From the NCBI GenBank assembly GCA_964057225.1, contig OZ059899.1, forward strand, positions 11,718,001-11,782,000: 64,000 nucleotides of DNA, in the 5' to 3' direction. This document shows positions 10,976 to 45,971 of this stretch, one piece after another; position 1 is the stretch's first letter; every line of letters starts with the position of its first letter. The notes beneath the pieces are model-generated. The model did not search any database and had not been told where the DNA came from. It was given only the letters and a program-made list of their open reading frames with translations. Position numbers and translations under genes: made by a program. The DNA is from Auanema rhodensis (taxonomy: Eukaryota > Animalia > Nematoda).

Positions 10976-13900
10976 GGCTTTAAATTTAGGCAGCGCCTCA
11001 GTCGTTTTTTAGCATCTCAAAAATCCCTGTGCTAAATTTTGCACTTTTTTTGTGAGCGCACGTTTCGTATGAAAAAAATGTATATAAAAATAGAAAAACG
11101 CGTAGAAAAATGTACAAAAAATTATTAAAATTTAAAAAGTCTTTCCGCCGGCGGTAGACGCGCAAAAAGTTCATAAGCAATTTGTTTTTTTAATTGTTCT
11201 TTTTGTTGTATCTCTATTCTGGTCGTTATTTGTATCTGTTATATTTATAATTCGTTTGACCAATCGAGCTAAGACGAGTAAAAATTACAAGTCTATTTGT
11301 TGTTTTTTTTTATTTGGGGATTTATGATGCAATTCTATTTGGAGGGGCAGTTTCAAGCTGTAGAAGTGTGGACACGATCGATAAACTAGATGAATCGATT
11401 TTCGTGTTGAGGAGTGTTCTTTGAGCTAAGGATTACTATTAGGCAAAATGGGGTTTACTTTGTGTCGAGCCTTTCTGTTTCCCCTTCCTTTCAGTGAGAA
11501 ATCATTGTTTAGAGAATGTCTTTTGTAATTACTTTTATTACATAGGAGTCTGAACAAGTTTCTATGTTTTCGTAGAAGTTGGAAAATCCAAACCACATGA
11601 TTGTTTTCGGAAAAATTCGTGAAATGATTGAAACTGTTCGGTATTGATTCGTATGATTCAAGGAAAAGAAATTTTATTGTTAACAGACTCCTACGTAGCA
11701 TAAACGTCGATTTTCGTTGAAAAGAGGACGCGTTGTCGTCGCGTATATAACCCGACCAATCAACGAACCAGCCTTCGTCGTCTCTGATCAAAGAGAGCGT
11801 GAGATTATAGTGTGACAACGGAAAGAACATTAGTATGCTGAGATATCAGAGAAAGAGGCAACTAGACAAACATAGTACATTAATATGTCTCGAGGCTGAA
11901 CTGAATCGAAAAAAAAAGAAGAAAATTTCGGAGCTTCACTACCGGTCTGCGATCCGACGATTTTGAGGATGAAGTAGTAACAGCGATCGATTCTTAGATT
12001 TTTGTTGGGGCGGCATTGTACTTCATTTTATTTGACTGTAAGAAGAATAAGAAATTCATCCTTTATTTCTATTCTCTCGCTTGGTTTCCTTTTAGTCGTG
12101 TTTGTCTTAGTCGCATCGAATTCTATTCATTTCCTCAATAGTCTCGTATGGATGTGGTCGTCGTATTACGTTGTCTGACCAAGGTTTTGAACCAGCATTT
12201 GGACCAATGATCTTAGTTACATATAATTGTCCATAGCAGTGAAATGGAATTAATTTTCATACAGTTTCTCTGAATATATATTTCTCCGAAGGGAAATATA
12301 TTCATATCTTAAGAAGGGGTGAGGCAGAAGAATTTCGTAATGCTTTTAGGGAGATGTTAGTTCTCAATCTTGAAAGTCTTGGAAAAGCTCTTGAAATATA
12401 GAACTTTTTGTGGACTTTCTCACCTAATGAGAAGATATTCGCATAAGGAAAGAGCACAGAGTTCAGCAAGATTTCAAAGTGCAATGTAGTGCGTACGAAC
12501 TCTGCCTCAAATGGATTATCATCTTTGGTTCTTTCTTTTCATGGTTTTGAGGTTGAATTCATTGCACATAAAATACAATTAAGGGCTGGCTATTTCAATA
12601 GAATTTAGTATGACATTCAACACTCAAACAATCAATGAAAGTTGTTCTTATGAATATTGGATTCATCAAGTGACTGGATTAAGATATTATATTAATATAT
12701 TCATGTCGTACATGTGTACGTTTTGATGTTTTCAAACGAAAAACATGAACTGAGAAGACTTTTTCGATTTATGTCTGACACGCATTTACGTGGTCATTTT
12801 GATCTTCGTTTTATTGCGTAACTATTTTTGATTTTGTGATCACAGACACAAATGTCTATTTCCTGCTTAGTATCAACATGTGACAAGTTTAGGAATTATG
12901 TATGTATCTCACGTAATCTATGAATCTTAGTTTTATGATGCTTCAGGCTTCTTTTTTGAATATTCTTTTGTGCAAGTAATGAAGGTAGATTGACGTCTCT
13001 ATTTCAAAAATGGTTTCTTTGAGGATGAGGATAGAAATTAAGAGGACAATAATTCAAATCAGAATGCATGTCTATTAGATTGTTCGCGTTATCTATTAAT
13101 TCCGAGGTCATTAAGTTTTGAATTCAAATACCCTAGTAATTGATATGACTTTCACCTAGATTTTGTCTAATTTAAACTCATTTAAACATCTTTCGTATTG
13201 AAACGAGATAATTGCAGTACTCTAGGATGTCTATAGAAGTAGTATAGATCCAATTTTGTCGGTGGTTCTTAGCATTCTGTAGTAGCTATACAACTTTCAA
13301 ACATGGAAACGTTTTTTGTTCGAACAGCTTTCCTTTATGCTATGCCAGCTATGTTCAACATCCAAAGGTTATCCTTAAAAAGGAAAGCAGTAGTACTAAT
13401 GTCCTTTCGAGCTTTTTGGTCTCACTTAGTTCCTATATTGTGACAAGTGAATTAGCATGTTTGATGGGGGGAATGCTGCTGACTACGCCCTTACAACGTG
13501 GAAAGACAGCGGACTTCGCTAGTTCCAACAGAAAACGTTTGAACGTTTTGGTTGACTGTTTCCTTGAGAAAAAGATTGTAGTTCTGCATTGAATCTTGTG
13601 GAGATTCGAATACGTAAAGAAACTGTATAGATGTTACAAAACGAGATTGAATAGAATGATGATAAAGAACATTGAGGGTAATAGCTTATATGAGTCACTT
13701 CAAGTTGTTGAAGGAGAAACTATGATCATGTTTGATACATGGTGCGAAACGTGATAGTTTTTAATGTGTTTCTGTTGATGATTGAAAGCCAGAATGTATG
13801 ATCTTTGAATAGAGAAGACCTTTTCATTCTTCATGAATCTGTAACAATCGCAAAGAAACAGGAGAAAGCCTTGACACAGTGGTTGTATGCTATGCTCGTC

Positions 13901-15992
13901 GTTGACAAAACGACTATCTTCCCGTTCTTTCATAGATATACCTGTGATTGGTTAAATGTACTCCTTCCTTATGGTCGTTGTTTGTGAATGTTTGATTATT
14001 TTTCATCATGATTAACTTCGGTGTAGACGGAGAAATCTGAAGACATGTCATCGACAATGCAGACAAGATATTTCCTATTGTAATGGCGAGTCACAAGACG
14101 ACCACAGCAGGTGATCATGAGTAATATTACGTATATTGGCTGGCTTAGGTCTATAATCCTACATCTATAATAACTTTGAAATATGTATTATGTGCACGAG
14201 ATTGCTTACGTGAAATTCGCGTGGAATTCAAAATTTTACTTTTCATTAAAATTTATGATGGTTGGTTGTTTCCTCAATTTCCCATATTTTTAAATTTAAT
14301 TTGCATATAGCTGTTACATTTTAATGATTTATAATGATTTATTCATTGCATTAGATACAAAAAAGAGGTTTCACTTCCTGAATTGACCTCGTATGATCGT
14401 TACACCTGTTTAGTTCAATATAAAATATATTTAATATATATGTATTTAACAATGATTATGTATAGAATGAATGTGAAAAGTGGTTGAACTTATAGTTATT
14501 TCGGATTGTTACGTTTTTGTGAATGGTGAACATTTCAAAATGTTTGGAATCCAACCCACGTAAAATGTTTTGATCATATTGTATCTGGTGTATTATTCAA
14601 TTTCGAATTCTTCAAAGCTCTAAGAAAACTCTAATTTGGTTGTTCAATGTATCAAAGCATTTCTCAATGATCAGCTTTTGCAAGTACATGTGTTAGGCGG
14701 AGAAAGACAAAGAAGGAATAAAGTGCATTTCTTTGATATTGTCGGAACTGTTGCTTTCCAAAGAAAGGCCCACAAGACTGTTTGCAAGGTCTTGATGCAC
14801 TTTCTCACAACAATGTGATTTAGCTCATCTAATATACAAGCTTGATTATAAAAGAGAATATAAATGACCTTTGTACCAAGTGAAATGCTAAGAACAAATT
14901 TTATCTGTGACAGTCAATCTTGTCCCTCCACTCTGCTTTCCTATTTGACGTAGGTATCGCCGACAATGAAGCAAATTAGTTTGGGAAATTTTGAAAAAGG
15001 GAAACCTGAAACTTAGCTAACGCCCGAGGGACTTTGTGAGGCCGGTCTATATATGTATGTGAGTTACTAAGAGTTTCCACTGGGAGTATGATTTATTTCC
15101 GATACGAAGTTTCATCAAGTTTTTCTACTATTCATTCGAAAACATCTAACTTAAGTTTTCAGAGATTTATTAGAAATACGTACGCAACTAGAATATTGGC
15201 TACATACACACATATGTATGCAATTGATTATAGCTTGTAGACTATAAACATCCAAAGATGAAGAAAAGACAACAAGAAAACATTTAAAAACTATTTTAAT
15301 TACTTTAATTCATCGACATTGTTACTTATTATTTTGTGAAACTATCCGAGGATCAAACTTGTTTCATCATCTTAGATTAATCTATCGAAATAATCCTTTT
15401 CTGTTCTTTGCACGTCACAAGCTTTTGGGTCAGATCAAGTCTCGTATCTCGATTACAAACATGGGGTATTGAGGATAAGCATGTCATTCAAAACGGGGAG
15501 AAATGAGAAGCCAACAAATACGGTGAAATATATAAGTTATTTCATATGCTGAGCTTAGAATGATCAAGATGTTCGAGATGTCTATATGTTCACATGATTT
15601 GTTATATCCAAAAACTGCTAGAATACTAATATTCCTGTTAATTCCAAAGAAAAAACTGAAAAATCCATCTGAGAAATCTGCATTACACTGAACACATGGT
15701 GGAGAAAGTGAAACGACTTTTTTCATAACTCCATTTGGAATATATAGATTTAACTCCGAAAATTATTAGAAATGAAAAACTGACGATAAATCACAATATC
15801 TACTAATGTGTTTTTTCCAAAAAAAAAAAAAGATCGAAAAGCTATGAAGGAATCTGATTGTAATAAAGTGATTTATAAATAATCGGATAAAATTACAAAA
15901 TATGCTTGGCTATTGTACAAATTATTTACACTTTTAGTGATCAGCATGTTGTTGATTTCAGAAAAAATATGACAACACCCATCATCGGATCA

Positions 15993-16021
15993 TATTTCCT
16001 AAAAGGGCTATATAGGAAATA
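15993..16021. other. 29-bp spaced palindrome TATTTCCTA-AAAG-GGC-TATA-TAGGAAATA (SFE-like architecture)
   Basis: Perfect 9-bp arms, 11-nt spacer, GGC exactly at the centre (16006-16008). The palindrome is certain; its function is inferred. Confidence 0.35.
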
Positions 16022-17404
16022 CTCAAATGAATATGTCACATGATAATAAATGACCATTAAGCTGAATCCATTTTTTAATATTCATATATAATCCTCTAGG
16101 AAGTTATAATGTGATATTAGATTAATAAATTATTAGTTTTTTTTGGCCAATTTAATTCAAATATACTTATAATATATAAATATACATATATATACATCTA
16201 CAATTATTAATAAATATATAAAAGACTGAAGTTTATTAATGAAAAGTTTATTTTATAATATAATTAGGAACTGAAAATTGAATATATATAGTATATATTC
16301 AAAATATTAATAATATATTATTAAGAGATGGTTCAATATTATGGGACACATCATACTTTTTACTTTCCTTAACTTTAATAATGAATTATTTCTAAAACTA
16401 TATATGATATATGTCATTATCTTTAATTTTTATTATAATTATTTGAAATATACTAAGTATTCAATGTTTATATTCATATTATTCAATAAAAAACAAAACA
16501 TATACATATATATCGATATGTACATGTACATTAATTTCTTCCTGGTTCACTGAACACAAAATTTTTTTCAACAAAAAAAATAAAAAAATTTTATTTAGCT
16601 TTGTGTTGACAGCTGAAATATTACATAGCAGATATCAATCTGACCAAATTATATCTTTAGAGCCATACTTATTGTATTGGGAGTGTAAAAGGAACTGCAT
16701 CAATAGCTTCTTGCAAAAAAACATGTGTGCTTCCATTTATCCAATTTTTTTGTTGATTTTTTGTTGTTTCTCTTTATTATAATAAATACTGTAAAATCAT
16801 ATAAAAAGCTACGACAAAAAATAATGGACAAGGGGATATATACGAGATTTAAGCGAGAATAAGCGAGAATATGAAAAGCATAAACATATACAGACAGTAA
16901 TATATAAAGATAAATTGTTTTTTTAATTGATTATTAATATATATATATCGAATATATATATATAATTATATATATACTACATTATATATGAGATAATCAT
17001 AAGAGTCTAGTTGATATGCTGCGAAAAAATGGAGAGGTGGGGGAGAATTAGACAGCTGATAATCATGATAATAGAGATATATCGTAAAATTATCGTCTAT
17101 GTATTAGTCTTAATACAGATCCATCAGATAGCTAGTCTTAGACTGGAATGTCCTTGGACAAGCGCCAAAGCTTGGAGGGGCAGTTTCTTTTACTTCTCAT
17201 CATCATCTGTCTGTTGGATTCATAGCACAAGAGACCTGCGAAAATGAGATATAAATTCAATAAAATCCATAATTATCAAAGGGATATTATGCATATATAG
17301 TTATATTAATGACATAAAAACTTTAAAAACTTATTTAAGTTGTTAGAAAATCAAATTGAATCTTGTCTAATCTATATTGAGTTATAGTTTAATGATTTGA
17401 CAGT

Positions 17405-17594
17405 TAGCTCGAACTGTCAGGTCAGCATATTTCAAATTCGAAATGTCGGAAATTCATTCAGACAATGAGCTGTTTCCAAAGATATTGTGTATACAAATGC
17501 AGTTTACAGATCAATCCAAAGATGAATAAAGCTAAAACTTCAAGAAATCTGCTCATTCCGACAAGTTCGAACTTTCAATATAAGATTTGAGCTA
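17405..17594. mobile_element. Degenerate foldback/MITE-like remnant
   Basis: Blocks TAGCTC.AA, ATATT..AAA.TTCGAA and TGTCGGAA at 17405-17451 recur in inverted order and orientation at 17550-17594. Confidence 0.35.
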
Positions 17595-17773
17595 TTTATT
17601 ACAATCAATTAAAATTTGAAAAGCAAGCAGCATGTACGTACGTCCATAATAAATAAAATGAATTAAAAATTAGAATAATAGTTAAATTCACGTGTTACGT
17701 GTGATTTTGTTTATTGTTTGACTTTGAGCTATTAGTTAAATAGTTAGATAATCATACTTATATCAAAATCTCG

Positions 17774-17804
<31 letters not shown>

Positions 17805-18652
17805 ACTCTCTCTCTCTCTCTCTCGCTATTTCTCTTTCTCTCTTTATCTATTATATATAGTAAAACTTAACTATTTTTAATTTTCAATTCACATTCATAC
17901 ATATCTATTGTTTATTCAAACAGGAATTTATTAAAAATTATTCTTAAGAGGTTGTTCTATTTGCTTTTTTACATCAATTGTTCATCTTTAAAATATTTAA
18001 GAAAAGCTAATAAAAATAAAAAATTTCATAATAAAATAAATCTTATATAACTATATACATATAGTTAAATATATTTAATATTTAAACATTGTATAAAGAA
18101 TATATTGTTGTTAGTTTTTCATATGTATATCTTATGTAGTATTATTCTTCTATTGTTCTTAGATTCTTTCAAATATATTAGAATCTTTGTTAAGTTTATC
18201 TATTACTAATATGTATTTAAACAAAAAAAAATAAATTTATACATATATATAGTAGTATTATATATAATTTTATTTATAATAAATAAATAAAATATTATAT
18301 AAATTATGTGATTATACTAAATGAAAATAATATTTTTTCTGTTCAAAAAATAAAGAACAGAAAGAATTATTTTCTTTTTTTTATTTTAAAATTTATTTAT
18401 AGGATTATTATTACATATTTTTCATTATATGAAACCGTTATGATATAGTGAGAATTTCCGATTATCTGTGTATTATAGTGATCAAAATACTATTTGTTCA
18501 GCAACGACTGAATTCAACACTAGCTGATTGACTCTGCGTTCTGTTTCGTTTTCAAGGCTAATACATATACATATAGAGAAAGTGAACTTAATAATTCCCT
18601 CTTTATTCATCCTTTTCTCTCTCTCTCTCTGTTTTACTCTCCCTCTCTGTAT

Positions 18653-18752
<100 letters not shown>

Positions 18753-19863
18753 TTCTTTCCTTTACGTACCATTGTAATATTGCTCACAAAGACATTTTTG
18801 TATTTGTATCAAAGACATTTTTTAGTTGAAAAGATGAATCTGAGTATGGAAATTTTGATTGTTTGCCAGACCTTTGTGACTGTGAAAGCTTGTCCTGTTG
18901 TGTCAGATTGAAGGGCTCTTTCTCTCTTTCACAAGGTTTCATCCGTTCTTCCTTTACATTCTCTTCAGATAATTTCTCTTTTCTTTAGAATATGTTGATG
19001 TTGTCTCCAATTCTTCTCCTATTCCAACACCTCTCTCTCTCTCCCCCTTGCCCTCTCTCTCTTTCTCTCTTTTTCTGATCTAGCTCTGCACTTGTCCCTG
19101 GTTCTCTACATCTTTCGCTATGCATACTGCTTTCTCTCTTTCAGAAAAGCATGTGTAATGTTAATCTCTCATGCGGCTATCTCTGCCATTTATTCTGAAT
19201 TTTCTCCATCCATCCATGTTTTTACGATTTTATCCTGCTCATACTTCGTTTTTTCATTTCTCCCACATGTCGTCAAGTTGAAAAAAAAACATTTCGCCTC
19301 CAGTGTTATTGACAATTTTTTCATAATCGTCTCACTTCTTTCACTACTTGCCTTCTTTACATTACATAACTTCGTTATTCTTCATTTTGTCCCTGACGTT
19401 GACCTCAATCATCTGATTTTGCTTTTATTTTTCTGGCTGACCTTGTCGCTTAATAAGCTGCGACATGGTTTTGGGCCATCTGATAGACTTTTCATCCCGT
19501 TCTCATCCAATAAGCATCAAGAGTACTAATTGTTCGATGAGGCACGTCCTGATCGCCAGGAAGAGCTTCTCCTATTCCGACTTCAAGGCAATGCACAGGG
19601 CTATGCAATGTCTGGTGGTCCAGCTTATTGATCGCTTTCAGAAGCTTCAAATAACGTTAGTAGTAGTCATGCTGCTGTTAGTTTCTGATATTTTCCCGCA
19701 TATTTCCTGTCACTCATTAGCCATTCCCAGCTCATATTTGCTGCCAAAAGTGCTTAAAACTTATTATTTATAGTTTTACATAGTTAAATAAACACCTTAT
19801 AATCTTTTTATAATACATATATATATATATTTAAATTTTATTTTGAAGGTGAATGGCTCAGCA

Positions 19864-21446
19864 ATGGAGGAACAGGCTGATGAATCTTCTGACTATGTAT
19901 GTTTATTTTCAAATTTAAATTTTAATATTAATACTATGGCTATCAAAAATAATTCAAATTTAAAAGGAAACAACGGAAAAAAAAACAAAGGAAATTTCAT
20001 TATCAATAATTCGATAAAAGTTCTTTCTTCATTAATAAATTTAAAATTAATTTTATATTCATGTAATCTTAAATGTTATATGCAAGATAAGATTATTACT
20101 ATTTTCTACAAATTTATGAGGAAGGGCTGAGTGCAGTATAATAGATCGAAGATTATGTACATTTTCTTTTAATTAATTATATATAATATTATATTTAAAA
20201 TAATAGAAATCTATATATATGTATATAGTTAGTTATATTCTTTATTTTCTTTTTTTTTTTTAGATCTCACAACTACCAACCGAGCTAATCAGCTTGATAT
20301 TGTCCCATTTGGATTTTCGTGATCAAATTAATTTCTCATCAACATGCAAAAAAGTTCGTTACAGTTTTCGAAATTTAAGGAAAAAGTATAATGTTGTAAG
20401 TTTTCAAGGATCTCCATCAACAGAGGTTTGTCATCATTATTCTATAAATTATTATTAACTATAATCATATTTAAGTGGTATATGATTGATATTAAAACAC
20501 ATGAATATACATGGAGACGTGAATTCTTTTCAAATTATCGAAGTATTACTGAAATCAAATCAACTATTCACTACAAGTATTTAAATTGAAAAAATGAATT
20601 ATTTTGATTAATTGACTCTTTTATAGAAATACAAATGAAGAAAATTGGAATCATTGTCGTATACGTGGAATACGTCCAGGATTATTGGTTGAAAAACATT
20701 TCAAATTACTATTAGATAATGTATATGTTGAAAGTTTATTACTTGGTTTAGTAAGTTATACTAGATAGATATAAACATATAATTCTTTTATTTTCAGTCG
20801 TCGATAGTCTATCTTGTTCCGGAATGTAGAGTCCGAGCTAGAGTGCTAGTTGCTCCATTCACAAGACATTTGGAGGAAGCTGTAGATCATTTACGACCAA
20901 CAAGCTTACATATCTCTTCGGTTCAAGATAATTCTAAATTTTTCTGTAAATCATTCATGAAAGTAAATTTAAATATAACTATTAATATATAATAAGCATA
21001 ATTAAGGATTATATACAATGCTTATCTTGTGAAAATGTGGATGAATTTTGTCAAATGGAGGATTTGGTATCATCTAAGCTTCGATCTCTTACATTAACAA
21101 CAGAATTCGATTGTTATAAAGTTAATGATATTCTCACATTTCTACAGGTAATCTATATTATATGAATTATAATAATATAGTTAATCGCTATGAACTTCAG
21201 GCATGGAGAAATGGCGAGACGAAACTTGAGCATTTCAAAGTTTCTGGCAAATTTCATGTTGATCTAACACAATGTCCAGGCTTCGAAGAAGCTGAGCATC
21301 TGATCGAGATTATTGAACCAGCTCAAACATTAGATAATTATCATAACAATGAACATCTATGGAAAATCAAACAATATGGAACAGGTCGCGAAGCTTACAT
21401 TCATTATGAAAATCGAATCGTAACATTTACAACAATTGTTGTGTAA
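19864..21446 (+). CDS. F-box domain protein (7 exons)
   Basis: Exon 1 MEEQADESSDY (19864-19896) splices in phase 0 to ISQLPTELISLILSHLDFRDQINFSSTCKKVR (from 20264), a typical F-box (LP.E.....I...L...D......TCK). Further GT-AG exons run to the TAA at 21444-21446. Confidence 0.85.
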
Positions 21447-21996
21447 ATATGGAATTTTAAAAAAAAACTGAATAACAAAAGAAAAAAAGTTTAAAAATCA
21501 ATATTTTCGTTTAGATTTTTTTAGAATTTTATTAGAAATTTTATAAATTAATCAAATGTTGTTATGAATACTTGCTCAATACGGATTATCTAGTATCTCA
21601 TCTAGTCCAAACCTCTCCTTCAATTCATAAAATTATGATTTTCCGATCATAAATTCAAAATATTTTCATGTAAATATCTATATATACTATGATATGATAT
21701 GTTGTTTTATATTTTTATTTTCTTTATAAGATGATTTGTATAAATTTTGTTTTATTCTCAACGAGATATTAAGTGACACAACAATACGGTGAGCATTTAC
21801 AACAGAAATATTAAAATATTATCTTGAGAATTATACAAAGAAATTTAAAAAAAAAAAAAGACAAAGTATTATAAGAAGAAACCAATACTTATATATAATA
21901 TAATATAATATATATCTACTTTATATGATAATATAATGAAATAGTTAAACAACCCGTTAGGTAGAACTTTTTTTTATTTAGAGAAGTTGGCAGTAT

Positions 21997-44030
<22,034 letters not shown>

Positions 44031-45962
44031 ATCTGCTGCTAAGCATTGAGAGATTTGTAAATTTGAGGTTTAGGTTATATAGAGACGAATAGTTTATATA
44101 ATATTAGGAATCACAATCTGATTCGTAGATTCTGAATATGGCACGTCTTCTATATTTGTACCCGTGTGCCTATAATTAAAGAAAAAAATTAATAGAATAT
44201 AGGAAAGAATGAAAGAAAACAAGACGAAGACAGAGAAATAGAGAGAGAAAGATTATATGCGAGAAAAGAATTAAAAGACAGAAATGATTGAAAAGAAAAG
44301 GAGAAGCAACAAAAAATAGAAATAATTGAGGAGATGAGAGTACTATCATCACTTGAGAACAAAAAAAGTACGGAAATGTAAAATGGTATGAGAGGTAAAA
44401 ATGGTTTAAGCGATAGAGATACATTTAGTTTGAAGAAGATGAGTAAGATAAAGGTTACAGAATTTAAAAAAGACAAGTATTGTAATTGGCTAAGAGAGAA
44501 AGAGAGAGAGAGAGATAGAGAGAGCAATAGAGACATAGAGAGAGGGAGAGAGAGAGAGATGGGTTTAACATGAGGAAGTATCGGCAAACTATCTAAGAAA
44601 ATCGATAATTACTTGGTGAAGACAAATCTAGACGACCATATATGGGACGACAGACTGTGAAGTACGAGAAGGACAGATAGACAAGATTAAACTGTTGGAT
44701 CGGAAGACAACGAACTTTAAGGTGTGTGGTGAGCATGTTGAAAAGTTGGAAAAGTTGAAAAGAAAGGTTGAAAAATGCTTTAAAAAAAGAAATGAAGATA
44801 TTTTATAGAAAGAAAAACATTGAATGGTATAGATAAACAATCAGATGAATGTTTGGTAGTAGTAGTATAAGGAAAAGAGGGGGGGGGAAGAAGTATAGAT
44901 GAATGACAGGACAGCTATGATGCTGGATGTAACTGGTTCTAATCAAACTATTGGCTATGAAATCCTAACAATCACTCTAACTCTTTGAAGAAGAAAAAGA
45001 AGATTCGATAAGTTAGGAGTTGCGTGAGAAAGTGATGCCAAAAGAAGATGAATAACTGAGTTAGATTGGATAAGTTGATGAGAGGTAGTTATGGAGAAAT
45101 GCGGAAAGACAAGAGTATGAGTATGTAAGTAGGAGGGAGCATAGAGAGGGGATGGGGGAGGCTCATCTAACTATAAGGCCATGGCCGGCACCATAAGAAA
45201 CAAAGATTAGATGTTTTATCTGTTGTCAAGGACTATATTTCATATTTTTTCAATTTTTTTCTTTATAATTAAAAGAAATGTTTTTTTTAAAGATTTGGTA
45301 ATGCTGAAGGAGAATAAAGGAAGGGAGAGGGGGGTAAAGAAGAAAAAGAAGACGACAACGACAACGACAACGATAAAGATGAGGATAAAGAAAGAGGAAA
45401 ACTTGTTATATCAAGAGATAATTGGATAATTTCAATGTGATTAAAGACAATTCATCCTAAAATATTTAAAAAATGGCAGAAAAAGGATAAGATTAGATAA
45501 AAATAAAAGAATTATATCATATAATTATTATATTATATGTTATATTATGATTTTTGATTAAAAAATTACAAAAAACCTAACAACACGTCTCATGTTTAAA
45601 TTTTTTTTCAAATTTTACCTTTGAATTGACCATGAACATTGAGCGTAGCAAGAATAAAGCGAATGAAAAGGAACGACTTAGTCTGATCTGAATTGGGTCG
45701 ACATCAAACAAGGATGAAACCAACTGATCAAAGCTGGCTCGATTATATGCTGAATTGGACTCATATACATATACAAGCAATATATATAGACGATATATCT
45801 TCAGATGAAATAGTTTATTTGGTGTTTTTTTGCATTCAGGAAAATGGCTGCCAGCTAATTCCACCTGTAATATCGAGAGAATTCTCTAACGATGTGGATA
45901 TGTCTGAATCTCTTCAACTATCTTTCTGTCTTTTTTCTTTTCTGCTTTCGTCTCTAGAAGGC

Positions 45963-45971
45963 TGACCTTGA
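45963..45971 (-). promoter_or_regulatory. FTZ-F1/NHR-25-type nuclear receptor site TCAAGGTCA upstream of lrp-1
   Basis: Perfect YCAAGGYCR match within a GC-richer block (45950-46080), 1.9 kb upstream of the lrp-1 ATG. Confidence 0.35.

Noticed and set aside
10491-10991. Telomerase-template or telomere-like words (AAGCCTA at 10491; TAGGC and TTAGGC at 10974-10991)
   Set aside because: Too short (at most 7 nt, not ~1.5 repeats) and not tandem; compatible with chance.
11426-11830. 134-aa minus-strand ORF
   Set aside because: No recognisable domain, composition typical of non-coding DNA, no splice support.
14125-14153. Possible second SFE-like site (TATTACGTA-TATT-GGC-TGGC-TTAGG)
   Set aside because: Only the left arm resembles the 15993 motif; not palindromic.
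2500-16000. piRNA (21U) cluster as an explanation of the gene-poor block
   Set aside because: No visible enrichment of the CTGTTTCA upstream motif on either strand.
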